NCBI GenBank assembly: GCA_001824915.1
Contig: MHTS01000027.1
Location: 1-53,359, forward strand
DNA length: 53,359 nt
Direction of reading: 5' to 3'
Source of the DNA: Candidatus Wildermuthbacteria bacterium RIFCSPHIGHO2_01_FULL_48_27b
Lineage (GTDB): Bacteria; Patescibacteriota; Minisyncoccia; Minisyncoccales; UBA10102
Part shown: positions 16,891 through 26,540 of the stretch, piece by piece
How the letters are laid out: the number at the start of each line of letters is the position of its first letter
How positions within the stretch are numbered: position 1 is the first letter of the stretch
Translations under genes and position numbers: made by a program
The notes under the pieces: generated by a model
What the model was told of the DNA's origin: nothing
The model's database searches: none
Seen by the model: the letters and a program-made list of their open reading frames with translations, nothing else

Positions 16891-17075
16891 GCTTGCGGAA
16901 AAAATCAAATAAAAACGAAGTTACCCCGCGCGAAACAGGACAGTTTCGTTCCCGGCTGCTGATTGCTGCATTTTGATTGGCACATTTTGCGCCAACCCTC
17001 TGCAACAAGAATAACTCCTCCCCCATCTTGAGGAGGATTTTTTAGAACCGAGGTGTTGAATTCTGTTTCGCATGA
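16857..17075 (-). ncRNA. candidate ~220-nt small RNA or regulatory leader between rsmI and xfp
   Basis: Promoter GGGGTTGACA-17-TAGCAT at 17082-17114. It contains two hairpins followed by U tracts (17016-17035 and 16867-16890) and internal helices (TTGGC/GCCAA, CGAAAC/GTTTCG). No protein-like ORF. Confidence 0.35.
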
Positions 17076-17106
17076 TATTTTATGCTAGAGAATTTATAAG
17101 AAAGTG

Positions 17107-17802
17107 TCAACCCCTACCCCTTTCTACCACGATCACAAACTCGCCTTTTGGAACTTCACGCTTGAGCTGTTTTGCAACTTCTGCGGCGGTGCCACGATAG
17201 ATGGTTTCAAACTTTTTCGTAAGTTCCCTTCCCGCCACGATACTATGCTTTTCAGCGGCCGCTGAATCTTGTAGTATCCCATTAAGCTCCTCCAAACTTT
17301 TTATAATACGGTAAGGGGATTCATAGAACACAACCGAGTATTCAGAGGCGGCGACTTTTTCAAAAAATGTTTTGCGGCCCTTTTTAGTCGGAGGGAATCC
17401 CAAAAAAAGGAACGCATCCATGGAGAAACCGGCGACGCTGGCAATTGCAGTTAAAGCACAGGGTCCGAGAATCGGAACAATTTTTACTTCAGGCAGTTCT
17501 TTGGAAACTTCTTCGATGAGTTTGTTTCCGGGATCTGAAATTCCTGGGGTGCCTGCGTCTGAAACTAGGGCGAGATTCTTCCCTTCACGCAGATACTGAA
17601 GAATTTCCTGCACTCTTTGAAGAGTACTGTGTTGGTGATAACTTATCAAGGGCTTATGTATGGCATGCCGTTTGAGCAGCACATTTGTTACGCGCGTATC
17701 TTCGCACAAAATAGCATCGGCTTCTTTAAGAACGCGGAGGGCACGGAGCGTAATATCTTCGAGATTTCCAATTGGAGTAGCGACAATGTAAAGCGTACCC
17801 AT
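17107..17802 (-). CDS. rsmI: 16S rRNA (cytidine1402-2'-O)-methyltransferase
   Basis: MGTLYIVATPIGNLEDITLRALRVLKEADAILCEDTR. 231 aa. Confidence 0.9.
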   Translation of the reverse strand: MGTLYIVATPIGNLEDITLRALRVLKEADAILCEDTRVTNVLLKRHAIHKPLISYHQHSTLQRVQEILQYLREGKNLALVSDAGTPGISDPGNKLIEEVSKELPEVKIVPILGPCALTAIASVAGFSMDAFLFLGFPPTKKGRKTFFEKVAASEYSVVFYESPYRIIKSLEELNGILQDSAAAEKHSIVAGRELTKKFETIYRGTAAEVAKQLKREVPKGEFVIVVERGRG

Positions 17803-18839
17803 CAGATAACAACAGTCTTCTCTTCTTTGCGCTTTTTGAGAAAGTCTCGCAGGAATTCATAGAAAACTCCTGCTAAAGGAATAGCGAGGATAGCCCCCAT
17901 AATCCCCCAGAACTGAGCGCCAATCGCGAGAGAAATGATCACGAGCACTGGCGGAAGACCAATAAAACGCTTGGAGAGAAGGGGTTCTAAAACATTGCTT
18001 TCAATCTGCTGAAGAAGCGCGTAAGCGAGAAGCACAAACAACGCTTGCAGAGGCGACTCAAGAGCTACCAAGAACGCGATAAAAACGCCAGCTATCAATG
18101 GCCCGATAATAGGGATAAAGTTCAGCACTCCCGCCATGGTACTCAAAGAAAGTCGGGAGGCCTCGACGCCAAATACCAAAAGAGTAACATAGGTTCCAAA
18201 AAAGATAAACGAAGAATTTATCACCCGTATAAGGAACCAACCCGAAACCTTCCGTTGAGAACGCGCCCATATATGGAGTGCCAAATTTTCATATTTTGAA
18301 GGAAATAGCAAACCGATTATTCGTTCCACCGGCCGATTTTCAAGCGACAGAAACATTGCCACGCTTATGACGAAAATGGTTGAGAAAATACCGCCAAAAA
18401 TAGCAAAGAGCACTTTAAAAATATTAGCCGTGTTTTGTGAAGCATCTGTGGCGAAAGCATCCACAAAGCTTTGGAAGTCTTGAAAAGTTGCCACTCCTAA
18501 CCCCTGCAGAGAAGGAGAAATTCGTTCTTCAAAGTATTGAGGAAGTCGATGGGAGAATTCCTGAATTTCGTGGATGAATATAGGTGCCGTGGCGAATATT
18601 ACATACGAAAGAAATCCGAACAAACATAAATACACAAACACTGCTGCTAAAACGCGAGGGATATGTTTTTTTTGCAAAGCTGAGATGACCGGTTCAAACA
18701 AAACCGAAATAATCAATCCGAAGAGCACCCACACCAAAATTTCGCGAATCAAAAAAACCACGTACACAAGGAAACCCGTAAGCGCGAGCTTCACAATCGT
18801 ACTCCAAGAAATATCCAAAAGTTGATGAGACCCGTTCAT
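17802..18839 (-). CDS. AI-2E family transporter (PerM/UPF0118)
   Basis: 345 aa, multi-pass membrane protein with the typical AI-2E layout and C-terminal motifs (NFIPIIGPLIAG, LSKRFIGLPPV). Confidence 0.8.
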   Translation of the reverse strand: MNGSHQLLDISWSTIVKLALTGFLVYVVFLIREILVWVLFGLIISVLFEPVISALQKKHIPRVLAAVFVYLCLFGFLSYVIFATAPIFIHEIQEFSHRLPQYFEERISPSLQGLGVATFQDFQSFVDAFATDASQNTANIFKVLFAIFGGIFSTIFVISVAMFLSLENRPVERIIGLLFPSKYENLALHIWARSQRKVSGWFLIRVINSSFIFFGTYVTLLVFGVEASRLSLSTMAGVLNFIPIIGPLIAGVFIAFLVALESPLQALFVLLAYALLQQIESNVLEPLLSKRFIGLPPVLVIISLAIGAQFWGIMGAILAIPLAGVFYEFLRDFLKKRKEEKTVVI

Positions 18840-20101
18840 ATCTTCAAAAGAGAAAGAAATATTGCCTCCTGGCGATACGGCCCAAGTACCACCAAGTTAA
18901 GCTTCTCTGGCACAAATAGATCTTGCGCTACTGCCTTAATATCTTCTGGCGTTACTTGATTTATCTTATCATACAACTGCTCTGGAGTTAACATAAAACC
19001 TTCCAAAAGTTCCTGCGCGCCGTAAAAGCTTGCTTTGGCGTTAGAAGACTCAAGCTCAAGCGCAAGTTTTCCTTTTTCATATTCTTTGGCTTTCGTCAGC
19101 TCCGTTTTCGATATACTTATGGTTTTGAGCTTTTTGTACTCCTTAAGGATAACTCTGATCGCCTGCTCCGCAGAGCCATTTTTCACGCCCGCCGTGGTTA
19201 CGAGATAACCGGTGTCGGGGTTGTTTTCGCTTGCCGTGGAAATATCGTACGCCAAACCAAGTTTTTCCCTCACCTCCACGAATAAACGGGAACTCATCAT
19301 TCCCCCTAAGGTTACGGCTGCCAGCAGCTGGGCAAAACGCCGAGGGTCAGAAAGATTATATGCCCGCACGCCAAGCGCAATGTTTGTTTGGTTTGTTTTC
19401 CGCCATTCTACCAAAAGCCCGGGAGATTGCTGCGCTTCTTTTACCGGAACCTTGGCCGTGCTCGCCCTGGTGCCAATGCGCGCAAACGCCTGCCGCGCTT
19501 TTTCAACTGCCGGTCTCTGTTTTATATTCCCTGCGATGCACACGAGGGTATTGGAAGCCGTATATTGGCGCTTCATATATTCCTGCGAGTCGCTCCGCGA
19601 AAATCCACGGATACTCTCCGGCCTGCCTACAATATCCCAGCCCGCGGGTTGGTCGCCGTACAAAAGCCGCATCCACAAATTATCAACGTGCCGGGCAGGA
19701 TTATCACGATACATATGCAGCTCCTCCATCACCACTCCTTTTTCTTTTTCTATCTCTTTGGCCGAAAGAGTTGAGCGCAGAAAAATGTCTGCCACCCACT
19801 CTAGCGCCAAATCAAAATGGCTGCTATCCACTTTGGCATAATAGCCGGTGTAATCCTCTCCGGTAAAAGCGTTGTACTGACCACCAACCTGATCGAGCGC
19901 TTCCGCAACCAACAGAGGGGCGGGGCGCTTTGTCGTACCCTTGAAAAACATGTGCTCCAAAAAGTGAGAGATACCGCTTTTGTCTTTCGTTTCGTATTTT
20001 GAGCCGGTTCCCACCAAGACTAAAACGGTCACCGTCTTGGTGCCCCGTTGCGGAATCGTGAGAACCCGTAATCCGCTTTTCAGCGTTGTCTTCTTAGGCA
20101 T
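18836..20101 (-). CDS. M16 family (pitrilysin-like) zinc peptidase
   Basis: HFLEHMFFKGT (HxxEH) motif. 421 aa. Confidence 0.85.
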   Translation of the reverse strand: MPKKTTLKSGLRVLTIPQRGTKTVTVLVLVGTGSKYETKDKSGISHFLEHMFFKGTTKRPAPLLVAEALDQVGGQYNAFTGEDYTGYYAKVDSSHFDLALEWVADIFLRSTLSAKEIEKEKGVVMEELHMYRDNPARHVDNLWMRLLYGDQPAGWDIVGRPESIRGFSRSDSQEYMKRQYTASNTLVCIAGNIKQRPAVEKARQAFARIGTRASTAKVPVKEAQQSPGLLVEWRKTNQTNIALGVRAYNLSDPRRFAQLLAAVTLGGMMSSRLFVEVREKLGLAYDISTASENNPDTGYLVTTAGVKNGSAEQAIRVILKEYKKLKTISISKTELTKAKEYEKGKLALELESSNAKASFYGAQELLEGFMLTPEQLYDKINQVTPEDIKAVAQDLFVPEKLNLVVLGPYRQEAIFLSLLKI

Positions 20102-21485
20102 TGAAGTCTATGCGTACTGTTTCTACTAACTCTTTAATCGATATTCGTTTTTGTCCCATGGTGTCGCGGTCGCGGAGAGTAACATCGTTATGTTCGAGCG
20201 AGTCGAAATCAACGGTAACGCAAAATGGCGTGCCGATTTCGTCTTGCCTGCGATAGCGCCGGCCAATGGCGCCAACCTCATCGTACTGGCAGGCAAAATG
20301 CGCCTTAAGCATGTTGTAAACTTCTTTTGCCTTTGCCACGACCTCCGGTTTGTTCTTCACAAGAGGAAACACCGCGACTTGCACCGGTGCCACCTTCTTT
20401 GAGAGCTTCAATACTACTTCCGATTCCTTTGCCGCCTCCGTGGTGGTGGTACGGGCTCCTTTTACCTCTTCATAAGCGTCTATGAGCAAAGCGAGCATGG
20501 CACGCTCGATTCCCATGGTGGGTTCAATTACATAAGGAAGGTATTTCTTGCCCGTTTCCTCGTCGCGGTAGGAAAGATCTCTGCCGGAAGCTTTCGCGTG
20601 TTGTTTCAAGTCAAAGTCAGTACGGTTCGCGATTCCCGCTAACTCTCCCCATCCGAACGGAAACTTATATTCAATATCTACCGTACGCTTGGAATAATGC
20701 GCCAAACTTTCTTTGGGGTGCTCATATCTGCGCAAATTCTCTTTCTTCAATCCCAAATCAATATAAAACTGCTCCCACGCGTTGAGCCAGAAGTCAAACC
20801 ACTTTTCATCTTCTCCGGGTTTGCAGAAAAATTCAATCTCCGCTATTTCAAACTCGCGCGATCGGAAGAAAAAGTTTCCTGTGGTAATTTCGTTGCGAAA
20901 TGATTTTCCCGCCTGAGCTATTCCAAAGGGCAGCTTCAGCCGCATGCTTTCTTGCACAAGCTTGAAATCCACAAACATTCCCTGCGCTGTTTCAGGCCGG
21001 AGATACGTAATGTGCGAATCGTCTTCCACCGGCCCAAGAAATGTCTTGAACATGAGGTTAAAATGCTTCGCCGGCGTGAAATCGCGGTCGCCGCATTCAG
21101 GACACTGATTTGGCTCTTTCGCCTCCCCCTGCCCCACAAAACGGCCGTCTACCATGTGGTCTGCGCGGAAACGACTATTGCATGATTTGCATTCAATCAG
21201 AGGATCAGTGAAATTTTCCACGTGGCCGGACGCCTTCCACACATTAGGATGCATTAAAATGGTGCTGTCGAGCGCAACCACGTTGTCCATCTTCTGAACA
21301 AAGCGGGAGAACCACTCTCGCTTGATATTTTGCTTCATCTGCGCACCCAAAGGCCCGAAATCCCACAAGGCCTCCACGCCTCCATATATCTCGCTTGAGG
21401 GAAACACAAACCCCCGCCTTTTCGCCAGCGACATGATTTTTTTCATTGTCTCATTCATGCGTCCTTTTAACCATATTTTAACCAA
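20094..21485 (-). CDS. glyQS: glycine--tRNA ligase (alpha2 type)
   Basis: RRGFVFPSSEIYGG, class II motifs and a C-terminal anticodon-binding domain. The true start is probably one of the internal Met codons (MNETMKKIMSL). Confidence 0.9.
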   Translation of the reverse strand: MVKIWLKGRMNETMKKIMSLAKRRGFVFPSSEIYGGVEALWDFGPLGAQMKQNIKREWFSRFVQKMDNVVALDSTILMHPNVWKASGHVENFTDPLIECKSCNSRFRADHMVDGRFVGQGEAKEPNQCPECGDRDFTPAKHFNLMFKTFLGPVEDDSHITYLRPETAQGMFVDFKLVQESMRLKLPFGIAQAGKSFRNEITTGNFFFRSREFEIAEIEFFCKPGEDEKWFDFWLNAWEQFYIDLGLKKENLRRYEHPKESLAHYSKRTVDIEYKFPFGWGELAGIANRTDFDLKQHAKASGRDLSYRDEETGKKYLPYVIEPTMGIERAMLALLIDAYEEVKGARTTTTEAAKESEVVLKLSKKVAPVQVAVFPLVKNKPEVVAKAKEVYNMLKAHFACQYDEVGAIGRRYRRQDEIGTPFCVTVDFDSLEHNDVTLRDRDTMGQKRISIKELVETVRIDFNA

Positions 21486-21487
21486 AA

Positions 21488-22132
21488 TTAAAAGAGCTGC
21501 GTAATATCTTTCATGCCGTTATCGAATTCCACAACGAAACCATCTAAAAACCCAAAGGGTGGCTTTCTCCAGTCGTGGCCTCGGACGATATTCTCAAAGC
21601 TATATGGCTTGCACTCATTTCTGAAAAAGTTTTCGTAGAGTTTCATAATAAAACCGTGGCTACAACATAGTACCGTTGTGTTTGGCTGGATTTTACGAAG
21701 AATAGACGCGAATTCGGTTGTTCGCTCTCTAATACTTTTTTGCTTCTCTTGAAGAGAATCATTCAGCAAAGCGCAAGAAAATTTATACCGTATTTTGTTT
21801 ATCTTCTTCGCGTCAAATCCATTATCCAGTAACTCCTGGGGAGTACTAAAGTCATCCATAGAAAATTTTATTTCGTTCAACTGCGGTGTTCTGGTAACAC
21901 TGTTTGAAAATAACTTGGCTGTTTCCCGCGAGCGGATAAACTCCGAACAAAAAACTTGCGTCGGTTTATACTTAGCTAAAAGTAAATTCACCCTCGTTTA
22001 CGTATCATCAGAGGACCTTAAGATGTGCGGCTGCATGGTTTGAAGTCCAATCGCATCAAGACTACGGTAAAGTGATTTACCATGCTGTTTATACTGGTAT
22101 TTAGCTGTACGAACGAAAATGATTTTTTTCAT
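21488..22132 (-). pseudogene. histidine phosphatase (PGAM)-family gene interrupted by one in-frame TAA (21998-22000); RHG motif degenerate (RTA)
   Basis: The two track ORFs (21998..22189 from MKKIIFVRTAKYQ, and 21488..21991) share one frame and are separated only by TAA plus 2 codons. Downstream motifs SRETA and CCSHG are retained. Confidence 0.5.
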
Positions 22133-22144
22133 AGAAAAAGAGAA

Positions 22145-22190
22145 TAAAAAAAGGTAGGTGGCACCCGTCAATGAACGGATGGGTGCCACC
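22145..22190 (-). terminator. rho-independent terminator after the 291-aa gene
   Basis: GGTGGCACCC...GGGTGCCACC, a 10-bp stem. On the minus strand it is followed by TACCTTTTTTTATT. Confidence 0.7.
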
Positions 22191-22196
22191 TTGCTC

Positions 22197-23072
22197 TTAA
22201 AGAACGATGATAGGGATTCTCGATTGCTGGTCGAGGATCTCCGGAAGAGAAGGGTGCTTCTTCTCCCCTAGCACGAATGGTCGGCGGATAGCCCGTAGGT
22301 TGGGGCTATCCTTGTTCATTAGTATCGCGCCTTGGTACTGACGCATCCAGTACCCAAGAGCGTGATACTGGGCATAGTGTCGGATTGCCATTCTAAAACA
22401 GTCTTCTGGAGTGCACCGCCTTCCGAGCTGCTTTTCATACTTTCCTGCTCTAAAGCCAGCAAGTTCACACAGAAACGAGTTGAAGGCGGAGTCCTCCTCT
22501 CTCTTCCCCCTAACGATCCCTTCCCAGAAGTACTGCATCGGATGCCACTGCCCTCTGAAGTACTCAGAGAACGGGACGATTTGCACACCAGACTTACAGA
22601 ACAGGTCCGATGCAACTTTTTGAGCAGCAGTCACGGTTTTGCTGCAACGTCCCAGAAAATCTTCCTCTGAGTTTGCCAGTAGGGCAACGACTTCGGAAAG
22701 GTCGCTCTCTGTGTCGGCCAACAAAACTGTAAAGCTGTAGGGAACTTTCCATTCTTCCATGAGAGGGATCACACTCCTCATCAGGGAGAGAACAGGTGGA
22801 ATCGTTTCCCCCAGCCCAAGGCCCAGTTGAGCGGCGCGGGAATCATCTGGGTAGTCGGGGCAAACAGGCGCGAAGAATCGTACCAGCTCTTCCCCTGAGA
22901 GTGCTTGGCCAAAGATCAGCGCAGCGCGTTGGTCATCCCTTTTATTCTCCTGTTCCCAAAGGGGAATCCCACGTCTACGCCACTCTTCAAGGATTTGCTG
23001 AGCGCGCGCCGCGACATCATCACCTAGGCCACGGCTCCGTAAATAGCGAACCAGGGTTTTTGCCTTTGCCAT
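22197..23072 (-). CDS. GC-rich hypothetical protein (291 aa)
   Basis: Long clean ORF with AAGGAGGTAACC SD. No family recognised by eye (FAPVCPDYPDD...VLLADTESD...HYAQYHALGYWMRQ). It sits immediately downstream of the split histidine phosphatase. Confidence 0.7.
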   Translation of the reverse strand: MAKAKTLVRYLRSRGLGDDVAARAQQILEEWRRRGIPLWEQENKRDDQRAALIFGQALSGEELVRFFAPVCPDYPDDSRAAQLGLGLGETIPPVLSLMRSVIPLMEEWKVPYSFTVLLADTESDLSEVVALLANSEEDFLGRCSKTVTAAQKVASDLFCKSGVQIVPFSEYFRGQWHPMQYFWEGIVRGKREEDSAFNSFLCELAGFRAGKYEKQLGRRCTPEDCFRMAIRHYAQYHALGYWMRQYQGAILMNKDSPNLRAIRRPFVLGEKKHPSLPEILDQQSRIPIIVL

Positions 23073-23074
23073 GG

Positions 23075-23665
23075 TTACCTCCTTCCGTATTGGAACTGCA
23101 CCACCTCTTGGTTTTGTGGCGTAGATTCACACAGGATTTGCTTCCGCGTATCCACTTCCTTTTCTGTGAGTACTGCCCTGATGCCCTTGATGGATCCGGC
23201 GTGGGCCACGGCTATAGCAACGCATGACACAGGAACGAGTCGAGCAACTTGTGTGATACCCTCCTCAATCCGGGCAAGAAATGTTGCGGCCGACTCCAAT
23301 CCCATCTCCGGCGCTTCTATCCCCCAAAGCTGGTTTGGACTCCTTAGCTCCGGAAAGCGCTACTGAAGTTCAGAGAACCTCAAACCGGCGAATTGACCAC
23401 CGAGTCTTTCCCTAAGCTGGGGAACAGCCAGCGGCTTTCGCGAATATCCCAATAGCCACATCAGCAGCACAGCAGTCTCTATGCTCCTCTGCAGTCCGGT
23501 ATGTATGATAACCAACTCTTCTTTTCTGAACTTCCCAAGAGTTGCCATCATATTTCCTGCGAAGTGCTGGCCAGGAAGAATAGGAACGTCCCGGTCTCCC
23601 GAAGAAAACCTTTGTTCGCGGTTGTCTTGTGTTTCGAGATGCCGAATGGCTAGCAGTATTCCCAT
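23075..23665 (-). pseudogene. histidine phosphatase (PGAM)-family gene interrupted by a single in-frame TAG (23360-23362)
   Basis: The N-terminal ORF (MGILLAIRHLETQDN...LQRSIETA...RERLGGQFAGLRFSELQ) and C-terminal ORF (...GLESAATFLARIEEG...VAHAGSIKGIRAVL) are in the same frame. The 18 codons between them (RFPELRSPNQLWGIEAPE) are open and fit the family pattern. The combined length of ~196 aa is typical. Confidence 0.55.
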
Positions 23666-23905
23666 GGCACCTCCTTTCTTCGTAAAAGAACAACTCCAGC
23701 ACAGCTAATTTGTGCTGGTGGCTATATGTTTTGGAGAGAGAATAAACAAAATATCCAGTCATCAACACAAACAAAAACTCCTCCCGCAAAGCCCGAGAGG
23801 AGTCGTGATGACTGACCTGATAAATTTTAGGATAAACCCAAAATCGGACTTTGCGAACGGAGTTCCCAAGTCCACCACCAATTGAGGACGACAGTATTTA
23901 ATTGG

Positions 23906-24163
23906 CTAGGTTTGTTGCCCAACATAATGTTTATACTTTAGTATAGAGATGGGTTTTTTGTCAACCTCTTCCAAGCTCAAAACCTCGCCGCTTTTTACCT
24001 CTTTTCTTGCTGCTTCAATATCGCCTGCCAAACTTTTGGAGCGAAACATCTCGAGTTCTTCTTTCATCTGTTCATACTCATCCAAAGGCAAAACCGCAAT
24101 GCCTTCTTTCTTTTTGAGCAATGCCTTAGGAATACTAATAGACTTAGAATAGCCTTGCGCCAT
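23906..24163 (-). CDS. Phd/YefM-like antitoxin-family small protein (no adjacent toxin seen)
   Basis: ATG 24163 is preceded by GAGGTAT. GIAVLPLDEYEQMKEELEMFRS resembles the Phd/YefM core. Confidence 0.5.
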   Translation of the reverse strand: MAQGYSKSISIPKALLKKKEGIAVLPLDEYEQMKEELEMFRSKSLAGDIEAARKEVKSGEVLSLEEVDKKPISILKYKHYVGQQT

Positions 24164-24209
24164 ATACCTCAACCCTACCACATCCGCCTCAAAAAGAAAA
24201 GAACGAGAG

Positions 24210-25877
24210 CTACTGTACAACGCCCATCTCCTCGGAGATCGAAGGATCATCGGGCAAAGTAGTGTCTATGGGGCCGTCTGCGGAAGAAACCAGCTGGTCA
24301 ACAAACAAATCTTCTCCCGTAATGCGGGCTTCACCTATCAGCTCCGCAGCCTTTCCCCGGTGAGTAGAGGAAGGGGTAAACGCTATCTGGAATGCCACAG
24401 AAGAATCTTGAAGCTCCGGATATACTCCGCTACCAGCGGGAAGATCTCCAATTTCCCAAACAATTTCTCTGGAAGCAGAGTCAAAGGTAAGAGCGCTGTT
24501 TTCGGGGAAAATATTTCCGGTCAACTCTACTCCTGGAGGGAGCATTGCTTTTACCCTTGCCGATTGCACATCTGAATAGCGATTTTTAGCCTGCCAGATA
24601 ATCGTATACGTATTGCGCTGCCCTACCTGCAAAGGATGCACTCCTTCGTTCCCAAACACATCGTCGGAGAAAAAGCCTTTTTGATCAATAGTCAAATCGG
24701 CGAGAAGCTTTATTTCAAACTCCGCGCTTACTTCAGAAAGCAGCACTCGGTTTTTCATAACAAGATCCTTGTCTTGAGGGCTAAAGGTTTCTACTTCGTC
24801 TTTCACGTTCACCCAGAATTCCACCTTGCCTTCTTCACCCTTCCCTAAAAAGCGCAGCCGCGAAACATCTCTTGGTTCCCAGGTAATGGAGTTGTCCCCC
24901 TTTTGGAATCTTCCTCCAACCACCTTTACATTCTCCAGATCAAACCCGCGGCCATCGAGCGTAACAACTAAAAAGAGGTTTTCCAAAATTCGGTCGGTAG
25001 GATTCCGAAAGGAAATCTCATAATGCAACACATCACCCGCGGAAGCCACATAGTTTGGCGAAGAGTTCACCGTCTGCGTAAGAAGCAACTGCGGTCGAGT
25101 AATCTGCACTCCTTTGGTAATCTCGCGCATAACAGTAAACCTCCCATCTTTCCAGCTTCCGATCACCGCCCGAAACATCTTTGTTTCCTGCACATTTCCG
25201 TCTAAAACGCCCTGTATGGCGATGCGTCCGCCTTCTGTGCGATTGAGCAGCCCGATATCCCACTCATTGTCTCCCAAAGGAGAAGGGTTAGCGCTCTTAA
25301 AGGAAAACCCCTGCGGGTAGTCTATCTGAATGCGAAGATCTGACAACGGATATTCCAAGTTTGAAAAATAGTTCACCGTAATCCCAAACTGCTGGCCAGC
25401 CTCTGTACGCGAGGGGATGTCAAGCTCAAAGTTCAGGGGGACAAACGAAATCACAGAAGTAGAAGTTGTTTCGGAACGAAAAGAGGCATTGAGGTTCCGG
25501 GGAGTATAGCTTAAGGAAGCTTTTGCCTCCTTCACTTCTTTCTCTCGCCCGAACAGCCGCGCTGAAAACCGCAAGGAAACTTCCTCACCCGGGTTGATAT
25601 CATCAACAGGTTTGGTGACGCGTATGTCTCCGCCCTCGGACGGAATGGACCCTTCGGGATATTCAAAAATCAAGGTTGCGTTTACCAACTGGCTTTCTCC
25701 GCCATTTTTCCATCGCACCACATAGGTGATCTCTTCTCCCATCTGCACTTCTTCTGGCGCTAAAATTTCAAGCCGTATGTCAGCGGTGGAAAAAATATTT
25801 TTCTGCCAAACCCAAAATCCAGCAACCGAAACGGCTGCTGCGGCAAAAAGAATGGCATAAACAATTTTCAAACGCAT
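24210..25877 (-). CDS. secreted/anchored hypothetical protein with repeated beta-sandwich-like modules
   Basis: N-terminal signal/anchor MRLKIVYAILFAAAAVSVAGFWVW. 555 aa with repetitive Ig-like/DUF11-like composition. Confidence 0.7.
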   Translation of the reverse strand: MRLKIVYAILFAAAAVSVAGFWVWQKNIFSTADIRLEILAPEEVQMGEEITYVVRWKNGGESQLVNATLIFEYPEGSIPSEGGDIRVTKPVDDINPGEEVSLRFSARLFGREKEVKEAKASLSYTPRNLNASFRSETTSTSVISFVPLNFELDIPSRTEAGQQFGITVNYFSNLEYPLSDLRIQIDYPQGFSFKSANPSPLGDNEWDIGLLNRTEGGRIAIQGVLDGNVQETKMFRAVIGSWKDGRFTVMREITKGVQITRPQLLLTQTVNSSPNYVASAGDVLHYEISFRNPTDRILENLFLVVTLDGRGFDLENVKVVGGRFQKGDNSITWEPRDVSRLRFLGKGEEGKVEFWVNVKDEVETFSPQDKDLVMKNRVLLSEVSAEFEIKLLADLTIDQKGFFSDDVFGNEGVHPLQVGQRNTYTIIWQAKNRYSDVQSARVKAMLPPGVELTGNIFPENSALTFDSASREIVWEIGDLPAGSGVYPELQDSSVAFQIAFTPSSTHRGKAAELIGEARITGEDLFVDQLVSSADGPIDTTLPDDPSISEEMGVVQ

Positions 25878-25889
25878 GGGTATATTGTA

Positions 25890-26516
25890 TCAATTTTGCA
25901 ATATCTGCGAAAGGTGCTCTTGCGATATTTCGCGCAAACGAGTTTCATTTATACCCCGAAGGTCAATATCCTGCAAGGTTTCGCTGTCGCTCTTCAAAAG
26001 AACTCCAATAAACTCGGCAATGCTCGGATCTTCTGCGACAATTTGAGCCAGGGAAGGCGAATACCCCGCGGAAGCAAGAAGGTTCCAAAGAAAATAGTAA
26101 GCTAAAATTTTCAAATCATGTCCCTTCAGCGCAGGCCGGTTCAGAACCGAAAGCGTTTCTTGCAACAAATTCCAAATCTCCTCATCCTGCTCCTGCCCGT
26201 GAAGTAATTCGTCGGCAACCTGCGCGAATCTCTCCATGACGCGCAACCTCTCCAAATTTTTTCGAATAATGGGATAGGGACAAACACAAACGGCGTCGGT
26301 AATAGTTTTATACACTTTCCCTTGGATAAACTCGATTTCCGCCAGATAAAAAAGTTCCAGCCCTCCCCGGAGCTTGGAAGTAATCTTCCGCTCTGACACC
26401 GCCCGCAAACGCAACTTGCCGAAATCTCTGGTGAACACCGTAAATACCCGATCTGCCTCGCCAATATCCTGCTTCCGCAAAATAATCCCTTGTGTCCGAT
26501 AATGCTGCGCCATCAA
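25890..26516 (-). CDS. recO: DNA repair protein RecO
   Basis: YRTQGIILRKQDIGEADRVFTVFTRDFGKLRLRA, an OB-fold N-terminus typical of RecO. Confidence 0.85.
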   Translation of the reverse strand: MMAQHYRTQGIILRKQDIGEADRVFTVFTRDFGKLRLRAVSERKITSKLRGGLELFYLAEIEFIQGKVYKTITDAVCVCPYPIIRKNLERLRVMERFAQVADELLHGQEQDEEIWNLLQETLSVLNRPALKGHDLKILAYYFLWNLLASAGYSPSLAQIVAEDPSIAEFIGVLLKSDSETLQDIDLRGINETRLREISQEHLSQILQN

Positions 26517-26540
26517 TTTTTTATAGCATAAATCGTAGTT

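Noticed and set aside
19212-19866. ORFs of about 130-210 aa on the plus strand inside the M16 peptidase gene.
   Set aside because: They are antisense to a gene with a clear HxxEH peptidase signature. The translations are not protein-like.
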